64,000 nt of DNA from an uncultured Spirochaetota bacterium (GTDB taxonomy: Bacteria; Spirochaetota; Brevinematia; Brevinematales; JAOACQ01), in the NCBI GenBank assembly GCA_963783575.1, contig CAWAOD010000011.1, positions 512,001-576,000 on the forward strand, given 5' to 3'. Positions 10,644-19,679 of this stretch are shown here, piece by piece; within the stretch, counting starts at the first letter, position 1, and each line of letters begins with the position of its first letter. The position numbers and the translations under genes are program-made. The notes below the pieces were generated by a model. That model made no database searches. It had not been told where the DNA came from and was given only the letters and a program-made list of their open reading frames with translations.

Positions 10644-10883
10644 TTATTTTTCTGATGATTGACCAGAGTCCTGACTGATCCTGAAGATTTTCTTAAAAAG
10701 AGATTTGATATTTCCCCAGAAAAATTTTATGCCCATAATAATACCGACAAGGCCTCCGGCAAGAACCTGTAAATAAAAGTTTATTGAAGTCGGATCAAGA
10801 TATGCGTATGTAATTTGAGGTATTGAAATAAGCAGGACAACCATTAATACTGTAAAAAAAGGTAATGTTTTTAAGATAATCAT
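10644..10883 (-). CDS. Small membrane protein (AYLDP motif plus one TM helix and a basic tail)
   Basis: GGAG RBS; signal-like helix, then AYLDPTSINFYLQVLAGGLVG; co-oriented with and 24 bp from the next gene. Confidence 0.7.
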   Translation of the reverse strand: MIILKTLPFFTVLMVVLLISIPQITYAYLDPTSINFYLQVLAGGLVGIIMGIKFFWGNIKSLFKKIFRISQDSGQSSEK

Positions 10884-11102
10884 TTTAAACTCCTATCATA
10901 TGCAACTTAAATATATTGTGATATTGAACGGATTAATTATCAATAGTATTAATTCTAAATCAATTAATCCAATAAATCAAAATATATTATAAAAATAATA
11001 CATGTAATTTGAGATACAATAAATATTATTGAGGCTTCTGCAATCTTCTGTCAGAATATCCCCTTGAATCGATGTTCCAAGCCGAAGCAGCTAATTGAAA
11101 TA

Positions 11103-13334
11103 TTAATGATTATGAGGTTCAAAAGTACGGTTCTTTTTCCATGAAGATGTGTCCCAGCTATCTCCTTCCACACTGTATTCCGTAATAGTCCCAAGGAAAT
11201 GGTCGCCGGCCCTTTTCTCATAATCATAAGCCCGGAAATATCGGACGCGTTTCATACTATTCGTGGATTTTAGGACATCTATACCCGGAAAATCGGCTGA
11301 TATTCCCAGCTCCGATACAATGGTTTCAGGTGTATCGAGGACAGTAATCGGGAAATGTGAAGTTTTTAATTTTCCCCTTGCCGAAATGGGTTTTACCAGA
11401 TAAAGTGGTATGCCCCTCGATTTGCAATAATTAAAATTATAGACATTATACGTGAAGTTTGTCAGCCGTGAAAAATCCTCCACGGGTCTTATATACATTT
11501 CTTCACTACGGCCGCTTCCATGATCCCCCATAATAAAGATAAGCGAATTATCATAAACGCCCAATTGTTTAAGTCCCTCCAGAAACCATCGAATAATCCG
11601 CATATTTGCCTTTGCGGTACTTATATATGCTTTGTGGCTATATATCATATCCTTTATTACAAAGTCCTCATTCAGGGATAACCGTACATGGATACCGTTG
11701 ATGTGATAAAATTTAAAGGGGATTTTAGATTTGGATCCATTCTTAAGATATTTTACTTCTGCCTGTGACCAGAAATCGGTAATAAATCTTATATTATTAT
11801 CTTTTAAAATCTGATAACCGTTAAATGCATAAGTTGCTTTTCTCCCGGGTAAATATTTTTTAAATACAATGTTGTTCAACCCGGCAAAGAGAAACCACCT
11901 TGAATTATTATAGATGAAAGGTTTAATAAAATGTGGCATGTAATAAAATAAAGAAACGTCATATAAATATGAAAGTTCTTTTATTCCTTCAATAATCTGG
12001 CCCCGTTTGCGGATATTGGAAATAATTTTATCATCATAATAAACCGTATTTTTATCCTGGGGATAGACATCAACTTCATAGCCGTTTTCTTTTAGGCTTT
12101 TCAAGATGGAATTGCTCATATAGGTCTGCTCAATAAACCTCTCGATCGGTATTGTGTTGTCATAAAGCTTGCCTAACAATATGGATGGAACGGCAAGTTC
12201 TGTAAAAGTAAACCCTGCCAAAGCATTAGGAAAATAAGTAAACCCATCAAAAACATCTTCATACTCCGTCTTTTCTTTAATTATTTCCTGAAAGATATCG
12301 GATTGATACTCGTCAACAACTAGAATAATAACATTTGTCTCTGAAGAATAATCAAACTTTCCGGTTTCATCCACCGTATATCGCCGGAAGCTTGGTTCTT
12401 TAATATGAGCCTCTTTTGGAATCTGCTGAAAAATAAATAATGTATAAACAACCGCCTGTAAAAGAATAAAAAACAGGCTGGCATTTTTCAACAGTTTATC
12501 ATAGTGACTTAGCAATAAAACAGATATAATTATGAGAATTAACCATATGCTGCTGTCAATTATGCCGTAAGCAAATTTTTTACCCCACTCTATACTGCTT
12601 CCATCCAATACACCGTATTTCCATCCAAGAATATTCCCCTGGATCCATAAAGCTAAAGAAACGGCAAATATAATAGCTGTAAATACTTTATAACTCTTTG
12701 AATTGTAAGGGAAAATAAGAAATATCTGAAGCAATATTAAATAAACAATAGCATAAACAATCAGAGTATTTATAATAATCTGATATATTGAAAAATAAAA
12801 CTCCATCGGGTTGGTTAAATAAATCTGAAGCGGGGCATAAAAAAGGAGGGTGAGACTGAAAAAAAGCGGTACAGCCCAGGAGGATTTTAACTTTTTTTTA
12901 AAATTCAAACAAGTAATACGGATTAGAAAGAAATATTCTAATAGTATAAGGTAAGAAATAATTGCTCCGGAGAAAATCAGGCTGTTAAAAAAATCAACAT
13001 AAAGAAATTCAAACCGGAAGGGCATAAGTCCGGTAAATAAAAAAGGAATATGTGCGGCTGCTAATTTGCTGATAATCTTTTCTTCTGCCAATCCCAGCCT
13101 TTTATGAATGAATCTAACCCAGAAACTGATATAGAATAAACCAAACAATATACTGACTATTATAGTTACCGGCAGACGGAACCATAAGCGGTCAAAGACG
13201 GTAAGCCATTCATTATAAATATTATTCTGCATCCAAACTGCCTGAGGAGAAAATAAAATTATTATAAGCGACAGAATAATGAAACCGATCTTGAGCATTT
13301 CCTTTTTGTTACGGTTAAGTAAAAATTGAATCAA
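11103..13334 (-). CDS. Membrane-anchored alkaline-phosphatase-superfamily (LtaS/sulfatase-like) transferase, paralogue B
   Basis: TM-rich N-terminus, with VVDEYQSD, GFTFTELA, GIHV and MGDHGSGR. Clearly homologous to 2510..4726 (shared WxQGN, GIIDSSxW, SFRRxTVDE, FDGFTYF). TTG start with GGAG upstream. Confidence 0.8.
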   Translation of the reverse strand: MIQFLLNRNKKEMLKIGFIILSLIIILFSPQAVWMQNNIYNEWLTVFDRLWFRLPVTIIVSILFGLFYISFWVRFIHKRLGLAEEKIISKLAAAHIPFLFTGLMPFRFEFLYVDFFNSLIFSGAIISYLILLEYFFLIRITCLNFKKKLKSSWAVPLFFSLTLLFYAPLQIYLTNPMEFYFSIYQIIINTLIVYAIVYLILLQIFLIFPYNSKSYKVFTAIIFAVSLALWIQGNILGWKYGVLDGSSIEWGKKFAYGIIDSSIWLILIIISVLLLSHYDKLLKNASLFFILLQAVVYTLFIFQQIPKEAHIKEPSFRRYTVDETGKFDYSSETNVIILVVDEYQSDIFQEIIKEKTEYEDVFDGFTYFPNALAGFTFTELAVPSILLGKLYDNTIPIERFIEQTYMSNSILKSLKENGYEVDVYPQDKNTVYYDDKIISNIRKRGQIIEGIKELSYLYDVSLFYYMPHFIKPFIYNNSRWFLFAGLNNIVFKKYLPGRKATYAFNGYQILKDNNIRFITDFWSQAEVKYLKNGSKSKIPFKFYHINGIHVRLSLNEDFVIKDMIYSHKAYISTAKANMRIIRWFLEGLKQLGVYDNSLIFIMGDHGSGRSEEMYIRPVEDFSRLTNFTYNVYNFNYCKSRGIPLYLVKPISARGKLKTSHFPITVLDTPETIVSELGISADFPGIDVLKSTNSMKRVRYFRAYDYEKRAGDHFLGTITEYSVEGDSWDTSSWKKNRTFEPHNH

Positions 13335-13490
13335 GACTCTTCTCCAAAAAATAAAAAATCAGAAGACACCTTCGCATCATTCGATATTTTTGCCGGAAAT
13401 TCATAATTTTCATAACATAATACTGTCAGGCAACATTATTTTGGGGTTTGAACTTATATTCTCCGGCAGATTACCCCGCAAATAGGGAAA

Positions 13491-13519
13491 ATTATAATTA
13501 ACAGACTAATAAACTGCAA
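13491..13519 (-). promoter_or_regulatory. Putative sigma70 promoter upstream of the phosphonate cluster
   Basis: TTGCAG-17 bp-TATAAT on the minus strand. Confidence 0.5.
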
Positions 13520-13658
13520 AAAAAATTAATCCTCAATTTATCTGATAAAAGATTATCAGTTTTATATTGAAGGAAAACCATTTTCAATTTATAATTTATT
13601 AGCTTTTTGATTTCAATAAATATTTGGATGGAAATCAGACAGTTTAAGAGGTAATGTA

Positions 13659-14285
13659 ATGTCTGATGAAGAGTTTCTTGGCGTATTTAAACAGATAATT
13701 AATGAATTTAGGATTTTGAATGAACACTTTGATGCCAAAACAAAATCAAAGACAACCGATTATGATTTTGTCTTTTCACATTGGACAAGAGATATGAATA
13801 AGCGGTATAAAGGCTTGCCGATTAATATGCACTGGGGGACAAGTTCTCCTCAGATTGCAAAAAATGAGATTCTATTTGATGTACGGTTTAAAGACGAATA
13901 TTTTTGCGAGATTAAATATAAGTTTGACTCTAAATTTGTTGCAAACTTCGTCAATTCTTTCAAAGAGTTTGTGGAAATGTTTCTGAAAATAATGGAAAGT
14001 TTTAATAAATTTAATAAGAATTTTGATATTAAATCAAGTCCCAATATTACGGATTATGAAAAATCATTTTCAAACTGGAAAAAAGAGGTTTATGTTATTC
14101 ATCCGGATATTGCGCTTGATATACACTGGGAAAAGAAAACTGAAACAATCAGCCAGAATTCTGTTTTTATCAATATTATGATGAGAGATGATTATCTGTT
14201 TGAAAAAAAGCATAGTTTTATTGATGAAGGTGAGTTATTAAAACCTATTTCACTGGATGCTTTCGATGAAAGGTTTATTATTTAA
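13659..14285 (+). CDS. Hypothetical protein made of two tandem ~95-aa repeats
   Basis: GAGG RBS. The two halves align: EF..F..I...F......FD.K....TDY...FS.W............HW......I..N........D.Y..E.K..F. Confidence 0.75.
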   Translation: MSDEEFLGVFKQIINEFRILNEHFDAKTKSKTTDYDFVFSHWTRDMNKRYKGLPINMHWGTSSPQIAKNEILFDVRFKDEYFCEIKYKFDSKFVANFVNSFKEFVEMFLKIMESFNKFNKNFDIKSSPNITDYEKSFSNWKKEVYVIHPDIALDIHWEKKTETISQNSVFINIMMRDDYLFEKKHSFIDEGELLKPISLDAFDERFII

Positions 14286-14390
14286 CAAGCGTGACCTGTC
14301 TGCCGTCTACCTGCCGGAGATCCCGGCGTAGGCAGGCCAGGCAGGCTGCTTGGCCCAGGTTAATTCCTTGCGGCTCTGCCTCGAGGATTA
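14282..14390 (+). repeat. Palindromic interspersed repeat, copy 2 (short form with both ends)
   Basis: TTAACAAGCGTGACCTGTCTGCCGTCTACCTGCCGGAGATCCCGGCGTAGGCAGGCCAGGCAGGCTGCTTG...GGCTCTGCCTCGAGGAT; begins on the TAA stop of the upstream gene. Confidence 0.9.
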
Positions 14391-14455
14391 TTTATTGTAA
14401 TTTTATCATAAATATGATTTATCATAATATAATTTCATAAAATAAAGGAGAGTTT

Positions 14456-15478
14456 ATGCGTATTTTGAGCGGGATTCAGCCGACAGGGTATATGCATCTT
14501 GGAAATTATATCGGAGCATTACAGAATTGGGTTAAACTGCAGAATGACCCGGCAGCGAAAAATGAGACTTTTTATTTTATAGCTGATGTACATTCTTTGA
14601 CATCCAACCAGGGTTCTTATAAAAAAGAAACTAACGATTATATATTTAATCTGGTTGTGGATTTATTGGCATCGGGTATAGACCCGGACAAATCAATCAT
14701 ATTTTTACAATCGGATATTCCGGAACATTTTGAGCTTTATACACTTTTATCAATGGTAACGCCAATTTCATGGCTTGAGAGAAATCCCACATATAAGGAA
14801 AAAATGGATGAAATCGAGGGTAAAGACCTGGACAACCTTGGTTTTCTGGGTTATCCGGTACTTCAAACTGCGGATATAGCTCTTTATAAGGGCGAAGGTG
14901 TCCCTGTTGGAAAAGACCAGGTCCCTCATCTGGAAATCAGCCGGGAAATTATAAGAAGGTTTAATAATATCTATAACTGTGAAGTATTAGTGGAGCCCCA
15001 GCCGCTTTTAGCCCCGGTAGCCAAACTCAATGGGCTGGACGGGAGAAAAATGAGTAAATCTTATAATAATGCCATATTTCTGTCCGATGATGAGGAAACG
15101 ATTCGTGTTAAAGTCATGTCGATGGTAACTGATATTAAGAGGGCTAGAAAGGTTGATCCGGGACATCCGGATGAATGCAACCTTTTTCCATATTATCTTG
15201 CTTTCTGTACCGATGAAAATTTTATTTCTAAAATTAGAAGAGATTGCGAATCAGCCGAAATGGGCTGCGTTGATGATAAAAAAATACTTATAAAACTTTT
15301 ACTTGAGGTATTTGCAGATTACAGGGCGAAAAGACGGGAACTTTTAAGCAGGAAAGACTTTATTTATGATGTTTTAAGCGAAGGATCAAAAAAAGCTTCT
15401 GCTATTGCAAAATCTACTATGGAAGAAGTAAGGGAAGCGGTGGGGATGATGTCAAAAAACCGTTATAGGAGAGTTTAA
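14456..15478 (+). CDS. trpS: Tryptophan--tRNA ligase
   Basis: SGIQPTG-HLGNY (HIGH), YPVLQTADI, VPVGKDQ and KMSKS. Confidence 0.97.
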   Translation: MRILSGIQPTGYMHLGNYIGALQNWVKLQNDPAAKNETFYFIADVHSLTSNQGSYKKETNDYIFNLVVDLLASGIDPDKSIIFLQSDIPEHFELYTLLSMVTPISWLERNPTYKEKMDEIEGKDLDNLGFLGYPVLQTADIALYKGEGVPVGKDQVPHLEISREIIRRFNNIYNCEVLVEPQPLLAPVAKLNGLDGRKMSKSYNNAIFLSDDEETIRVKVMSMVTDIKRARKVDPGHPDECNLFPYYLAFCTDENFISKIRRDCESAEMGCVDDKKILIKLLLEVFADYRAKRRELLSRKDFIYDVLSEGSKKASAIAKSTMEEVREAVGMMSKNRYRRV

Positions 15479-16209
15479 TGCTGGGTGTTCTGAACAGCGG
15501 ATGCACATTAAGGATTAGTAACTTTGAAGGACCGCTTGATTTACTGCTTGATTTGATACAAAACTCGAAGCTTGATATCACCGAAATTTCATTATCTTCC
15601 ATAACCGACCAGTATCTATTGTACCTGAAAACACTGCAACTATTTACTGTCGATATTGCTTCCGAATTTTTTGTAATCGCGGCAACACTTGTCTACATAA
15701 AAACAAAAAGACTGCTGCCTAATCTGAAGAACGAAGATGATGAAATTTTTGATGAGAAAGAACTTATTGAAAAGCTCAAAGAATATAAAAAGTATAAATA
15801 TATAGCAAGAATTTTATGGCAGAAAAAAGAAGAAGGCGATATTTATTATTCAAAGGGATATCAGGCGAATCCGATGTATAAAACTAATGAATTTAACGAA
15901 GATAATATACAGATCGGAGATTTACTGCAGGTTCTAAACCGTTATAAAGGCGCCTTTATAAGAAAAGCCATACCGATTAAAAGAAGGGAAGTGAATGTTG
16001 AAGAAAAAATGAATTTGATTTTAAGTATTTTAAATATAAAAAAAATGATAAAGTTCAGTGAATTGGCTATGATGGAAAAAACAAAAGTCGATAAAGTTGC
16101 AACATTCCTGGGAAGCCTTGAACTAAGCTTCAGGCAGAAAGTGTTGCTGAAACAGCTTGAATTGTTCAGAGATATTGATATTCTCCAGAGGGAAGAAACA
16201 TTAATGTAA
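15478..16209 (+). CDS. scpA: Segregation and condensation protein A
   Basis: FEGPLDLLL and the C-terminal ATFLGSLEL...Q.ELF.DI; followed by scpB. Confidence 0.93.
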   Translation: MLGVLNSGCTLRISNFEGPLDLLLDLIQNSKLDITEISLSSITDQYLLYLKTLQLFTVDIASEFFVIAATLVYIKTKRLLPNLKNEDDEIFDEKELIEKLKEYKKYKYIARILWQKKEEGDIYYSKGYQANPMYKTNEFNEDNIQIGDLLQVLNRYKGAFIRKAIPIKRREVNVEEKMNLILSILNIKKMIKFSELAMMEKTKVDKVATFLGSLELSFRQKVLLKQLELFRDIDILQREETLM

Positions 16210-16220
16210 GGAAAAAAATA

Positions 16221-16874
16221 ATGAATGGGTCATTGTTTATTAATAAAACTTATTCCAGAGGCGAATTGAAAGGCTTACTGGAAGCGGTTCTTTTTGTAAA
16301 CGGAAAATCAATTTCAAATGATGAACTACAGAGGGTTTTTGAATCTTCAAAAGATGAAATATCTGGTTTGATAGATGAAATGAATAAGGATTATCTGGAC
16401 CGAAAAAGCGGATTGACAATTCTTCCGGTAGCCGGAGGATACCAGCTTTTCTCCAGTCCGGTATATAAAGATGAATTAATGGAGTTATTCGGTAAAAGAA
16501 ATGAGAACCAGCTTCCGAAAAGCGCGCTTGAAACTCTTGCAATAATTGCTTATAAGCAGCCCGTTTCAAAAGAAGATATCGATAAGATAAGGGGTGTGTC
16601 AAGCAGCAGGAGTGTGAATATTTTAATGGCTTTAAAGCTCGCTACAATTTCAGGATTATCGGATGACTTGCTAAAATCTCCATTGTTTGTTACAACCAGC
16701 CGTTTTCTTGAGTATTTCAGGATGAAGAACCTTGGGGATCTGCCATCAATCACCAGCCTTGATATGGTTCAATTGAGCGGGAATATGGGAGATGAGGATT
16801 TTGATGAGATCGAAGAAAAAATATCCGCTGAAGATGAAACGGATGACGGCATTTTCAATGGGCTGAAGCAGTAA
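16221..16874 (+). CDS. scpB: Segregation and condensation protein B
   Basis: LEAVLF, VAGGYQ, ALETLAIIAYKQP, IRGV and TT.FL.YF....L.DLP. Confidence 0.95.
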   Translation: MNGSLFINKTYSRGELKGLLEAVLFVNGKSISNDELQRVFESSKDEISGLIDEMNKDYLDRKSGLTILPVAGGYQLFSSPVYKDELMELFGKRNENQLPKSALETLAIIAYKQPVSKEDIDKIRGVSSSRSVNILMALKLATISGLSDDLLKSPLFVTTSRFLEYFRMKNLGDLPSITSLDMVQLSGNMGDEDFDEIEEKISAEDETDDGIFNGLKQ

Positions 16875-16891
16875 AAAAATCGGAGGAAGAT

Positions 16892-17983
16892 ATGGATATA
16901 GATTTAAAAAGTGATAAAATGATGCAGGAATTCAGAACCAAGATCAATGACATCGATATCAAAATTGTGGAATTACTGGACGACAGGGCAAAATTTGTGA
17001 AAGAAATCGGGGAATATAAAAAAGCTCATAATATTCCGGTTTATCAGCCGGAAAGGGAAAAAGAAGTTAAAGAAATGGCGCTAAATCATTCCAAACAGCT
17101 TTTTCCAACATCCGGCCTTCTTCAGATATTTACGGAAATTGTTTCTGCTGCACGTTCGCTTGAAGAACCGATCACAGTATGCTATCTAGGGCCGGAGGGG
17201 TCTTTTACGGAAATGGCGGCCCGGAAGCAGTTCGGGAGTTCTGTGATAATGAAACCGTTGGCTAATACTTCCGATGTTTTCCGCGAAGTTGAAAATGGTA
17301 AGATGGATTTTGGGGTAATACCGATAGAAAACTCGCTTGGAGGAATAGTTCCTGTTACCTTGGACGAATTCGTCGATTCTCCGCTTAAAGTTATCGGCGA
17401 GGTTTATCTGACTATCCATCACAATCTGCTGGCCAATGTGGCGAATATTTCAGAGATCAAGCGAATTTACTCGCATCCTCAATCATTTACACAATGCCGT
17501 ATCTGGCTTGAAACCAATATACCGAATGTTGAAAAAATTGAAGTTGCTTCGAATTCCAAAGCGGCCAGCATGGTGCCATGGGATAAATTCTCAGCCGCCA
17601 TAGCCGGAGCCATTGCTGCGGAAAGATATGGGCTTAATATCCTGGCGGATAATATTGAAGATAATCCTGAAAATACTACAAGGTTCTGGATTATTGCGAA
17701 CAAAGACTATAAATTTCAAAACCCGGAAAAAACAACAATCCTTGTATCCGTAAAGGATAAACCCGGAGCGCTTCTGCAGCTTCTGGACCCATTTAATTCG
17801 AATAATATCAATCTTTCTAAAATTGAATCACGTCCATCCAAAAGAAGACCTTGGGATTATCTGTTTTTTATTGATCTGGAAGGAGGAATTGAAGATACAG
17901 GCCTTCAAAATTCTTTGGAAAAAGTAAAGGAAAATTCGGTATTTTTAAAGGTCCTTGGTTCATACCCAAAGAATAATTACTGA
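16892..17983 (+). CDS. pheA: Bifunctional chorismate mutase/prephenate dehydratase (P-protein)
   Basis: N-terminal AroQ domain (R..I..ID...LL..R...K, P.RE); LGPEGSF, PIENS, SHPQ, NTTRF; ACT domain KPGAL and KIESRP. Confidence 0.95.
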   Translation: MDIDLKSDKMMQEFRTKINDIDIKIVELLDDRAKFVKEIGEYKKAHNIPVYQPEREKEVKEMALNHSKQLFPTSGLLQIFTEIVSAARSLEEPITVCYLGPEGSFTEMAARKQFGSSVIMKPLANTSDVFREVENGKMDFGVIPIENSLGGIVPVTLDEFVDSPLKVIGEVYLTIHHNLLANVANISEIKRIYSHPQSFTQCRIWLETNIPNVEKIEVASNSKAASMVPWDKFSAAIAGAIAAERYGLNILADNIEDNPENTTRFWIIANKDYKFQNPEKTTILVSVKDKPGALLQLLDPFNSNNINLSKIESRPSKRRPWDYLFFIDLEGGIEDTGLQNSLEKVKENSVFLKVLGSYPKNNY

Positions 17984-18001
17984 TGAGAGCCCGCAGTTTC
18001 T

Positions 18002-19612
18002 ATGCAGAATAGATCTGATGTCAAGGGTTTCTGGCTGCTTGTGTTGCATGCGCATCTGCCTTTTGTCAGACATCCGGAATTAAATGATTCGCTTGAAGAA
18101 AGATGGCTTTACGAGGCTATCACGGAAACTTATATTCCTCTTCTGGATATTTTTGAAAGGCTAATCGATGAAGGGGTGGATTATTGTGTTACAATTTCCA
18201 TTACTCCGCCTCTCTGCAATATGCTTTCTGATTCATTACTTCAGGAAAGATATATAAAATATCTTGAAAGATTAATAGAATTAGCTTTGAAAGAGACTTC
18301 AAGAACAAGATATGTCCCTGAATTAAGCCGTTGTGCGGAGATGTATCTCAATAAGTTCAAATATATATACGACTTATATGTTAACCGTTATAATAAGGAT
18401 TTGATAAAGGGTTTCAGAAAGCTTCAGGTTGCCGGTAATCTTGAAATAATTTGCAGCAGCGCGACCCATGCCTTTTTACCTCTGCTGCAGCTTTATCCTA
18501 ATGCGGTAAGAGCCCAGATAATTACCGGAATTAATGATTATAAGCTTAGATTCGGCAGGAAACCTTCCGGCATATGGAATGCGGAATGCGGTTATTACCC
18601 GGGGCTGGAAAATATATTATCTGAAACAGGAATTAATTATTTTTTTTTAGATACCCATGGAATACTGCAAGCTGGCCAGATGCCTGAATACGGAGTATAT
18701 GCCCCAATGGAGACATCCGGCGGAGTAACCTGTTTTGCGCGCGATATGGCAACATCACACTCGGTCTGGAGTTCTGAGACCGGATATCCGGGAAATCCCA
18801 ATTACAGGGAATTTTACAGGGATATCGGGTATGATCTTGATGAGGATTATATTAAGCCTTATGTTCATGAAAGCGGTCTTCGAATCGCAACCGGTATTAA
18901 GTATCACAGGATAACAGATAAAAAATTACCTCCTGATAAAAAATTGATTTATATACCGGAAACCGCGGGTTATCAGGCTATGCTTGATGCCGTTGATTTT
19001 GTAAGTAAAAGAGAGTCGGATATAGAATTTTTATCCGTAAAAATGAATAGGAAACCGGTTATAGTATCAATGTATGATGCCGAGCTATTCGGTCATTGGT
19101 GGTATGAGGGCGTTGATTTTGTTTATCATACCATAAAGAAAATGTCGGAAAATAGTAATATATCAATGATTACCGCTCCGGAATATTTAAGTATGTACCC
19201 GGATAATATAAAAGCCGTTCCTTCGATGAGTAGCTGGGGATCGAAAGGCTACAATGAATTCTGGCTGAACAGCTCAAACGACTGGATTTATCCCCATATT
19301 CACAAGGCAAATTTGATGATGATCGATCTGGCTAATTTATACAAAAAATCTACAGACAGAAATCTGAACGATGCGTTAAATCAATTGGCCAGGGAATTGA
19401 TGCTTGCCCAGTCTTCGGATTGGGCTTTCATTATGAAGGCCGGTACAATGACTGATTATGCTGTGAAAAGAACAATGGATCATATCGGACGGTTCATGAA
19501 GATATATGATATGATCAAATCAGGAAAAATTGATAAACATTATATAAAAAATATAGAAGAAGCGGATAATATATTTAAAGAAATTAATTTTGAAATTTTT
19601 GCAGATAACTAG
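18002..19612 (+). CDS. GH57 1,4-alpha-glucan branching enzyme (DUF1957 type)
   Basis: HAHLPFV, ETYIP, WNAECGY (nucleophile Glu), YDAELFGHWW (acid/base Asp) and AQSSDWAF. Confidence 0.92.
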   Translation: MQNRSDVKGFWLLVLHAHLPFVRHPELNDSLEERWLYEAITETYIPLLDIFERLIDEGVDYCVTISITPPLCNMLSDSLLQERYIKYLERLIELALKETSRTRYVPELSRCAEMYLNKFKYIYDLYVNRYNKDLIKGFRKLQVAGNLEIICSSATHAFLPLLQLYPNAVRAQIITGINDYKLRFGRKPSGIWNAECGYYPGLENILSETGINYFFLDTHGILQAGQMPEYGVYAPMETSGGVTCFARDMATSHSVWSSETGYPGNPNYREFYRDIGYDLDEDYIKPYVHESGLRIATGIKYHRITDKKLPPDKKLIYIPETAGYQAMLDAVDFVSKRESDIEFLSVKMNRKPVIVSMYDAELFGHWWYEGVDFVYHTIKKMSENSNISMITAPEYLSMYPDNIKAVPSMSSWGSKGYNEFWLNSSNDWIYPHIHKANLMMIDLANLYKKSTDRNLNDALNQLARELMLAQSSDWAFIMKAGTMTDYAVKRTMDHIGRFMKIYDMIKSGKIDKHYIKNIEEADNIFKEINFEIFADN

Positions 19613-19679
19613 AATCCAATTTAAAATATAAAAGTTATTATCAGAAAGTTTATATTGTAATAAAAATTTTGAGGGTATT

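Noticed and set aside
13340..13490. Possible riboswitch in the leader of the phosphonate cluster (TGCCGGA/TCCGGCA and GGGGT/ACCCC pairings)
   Set aside because: Only short stems, and no recognisable riboswitch consensus. An Rfam cmscan would be needed.
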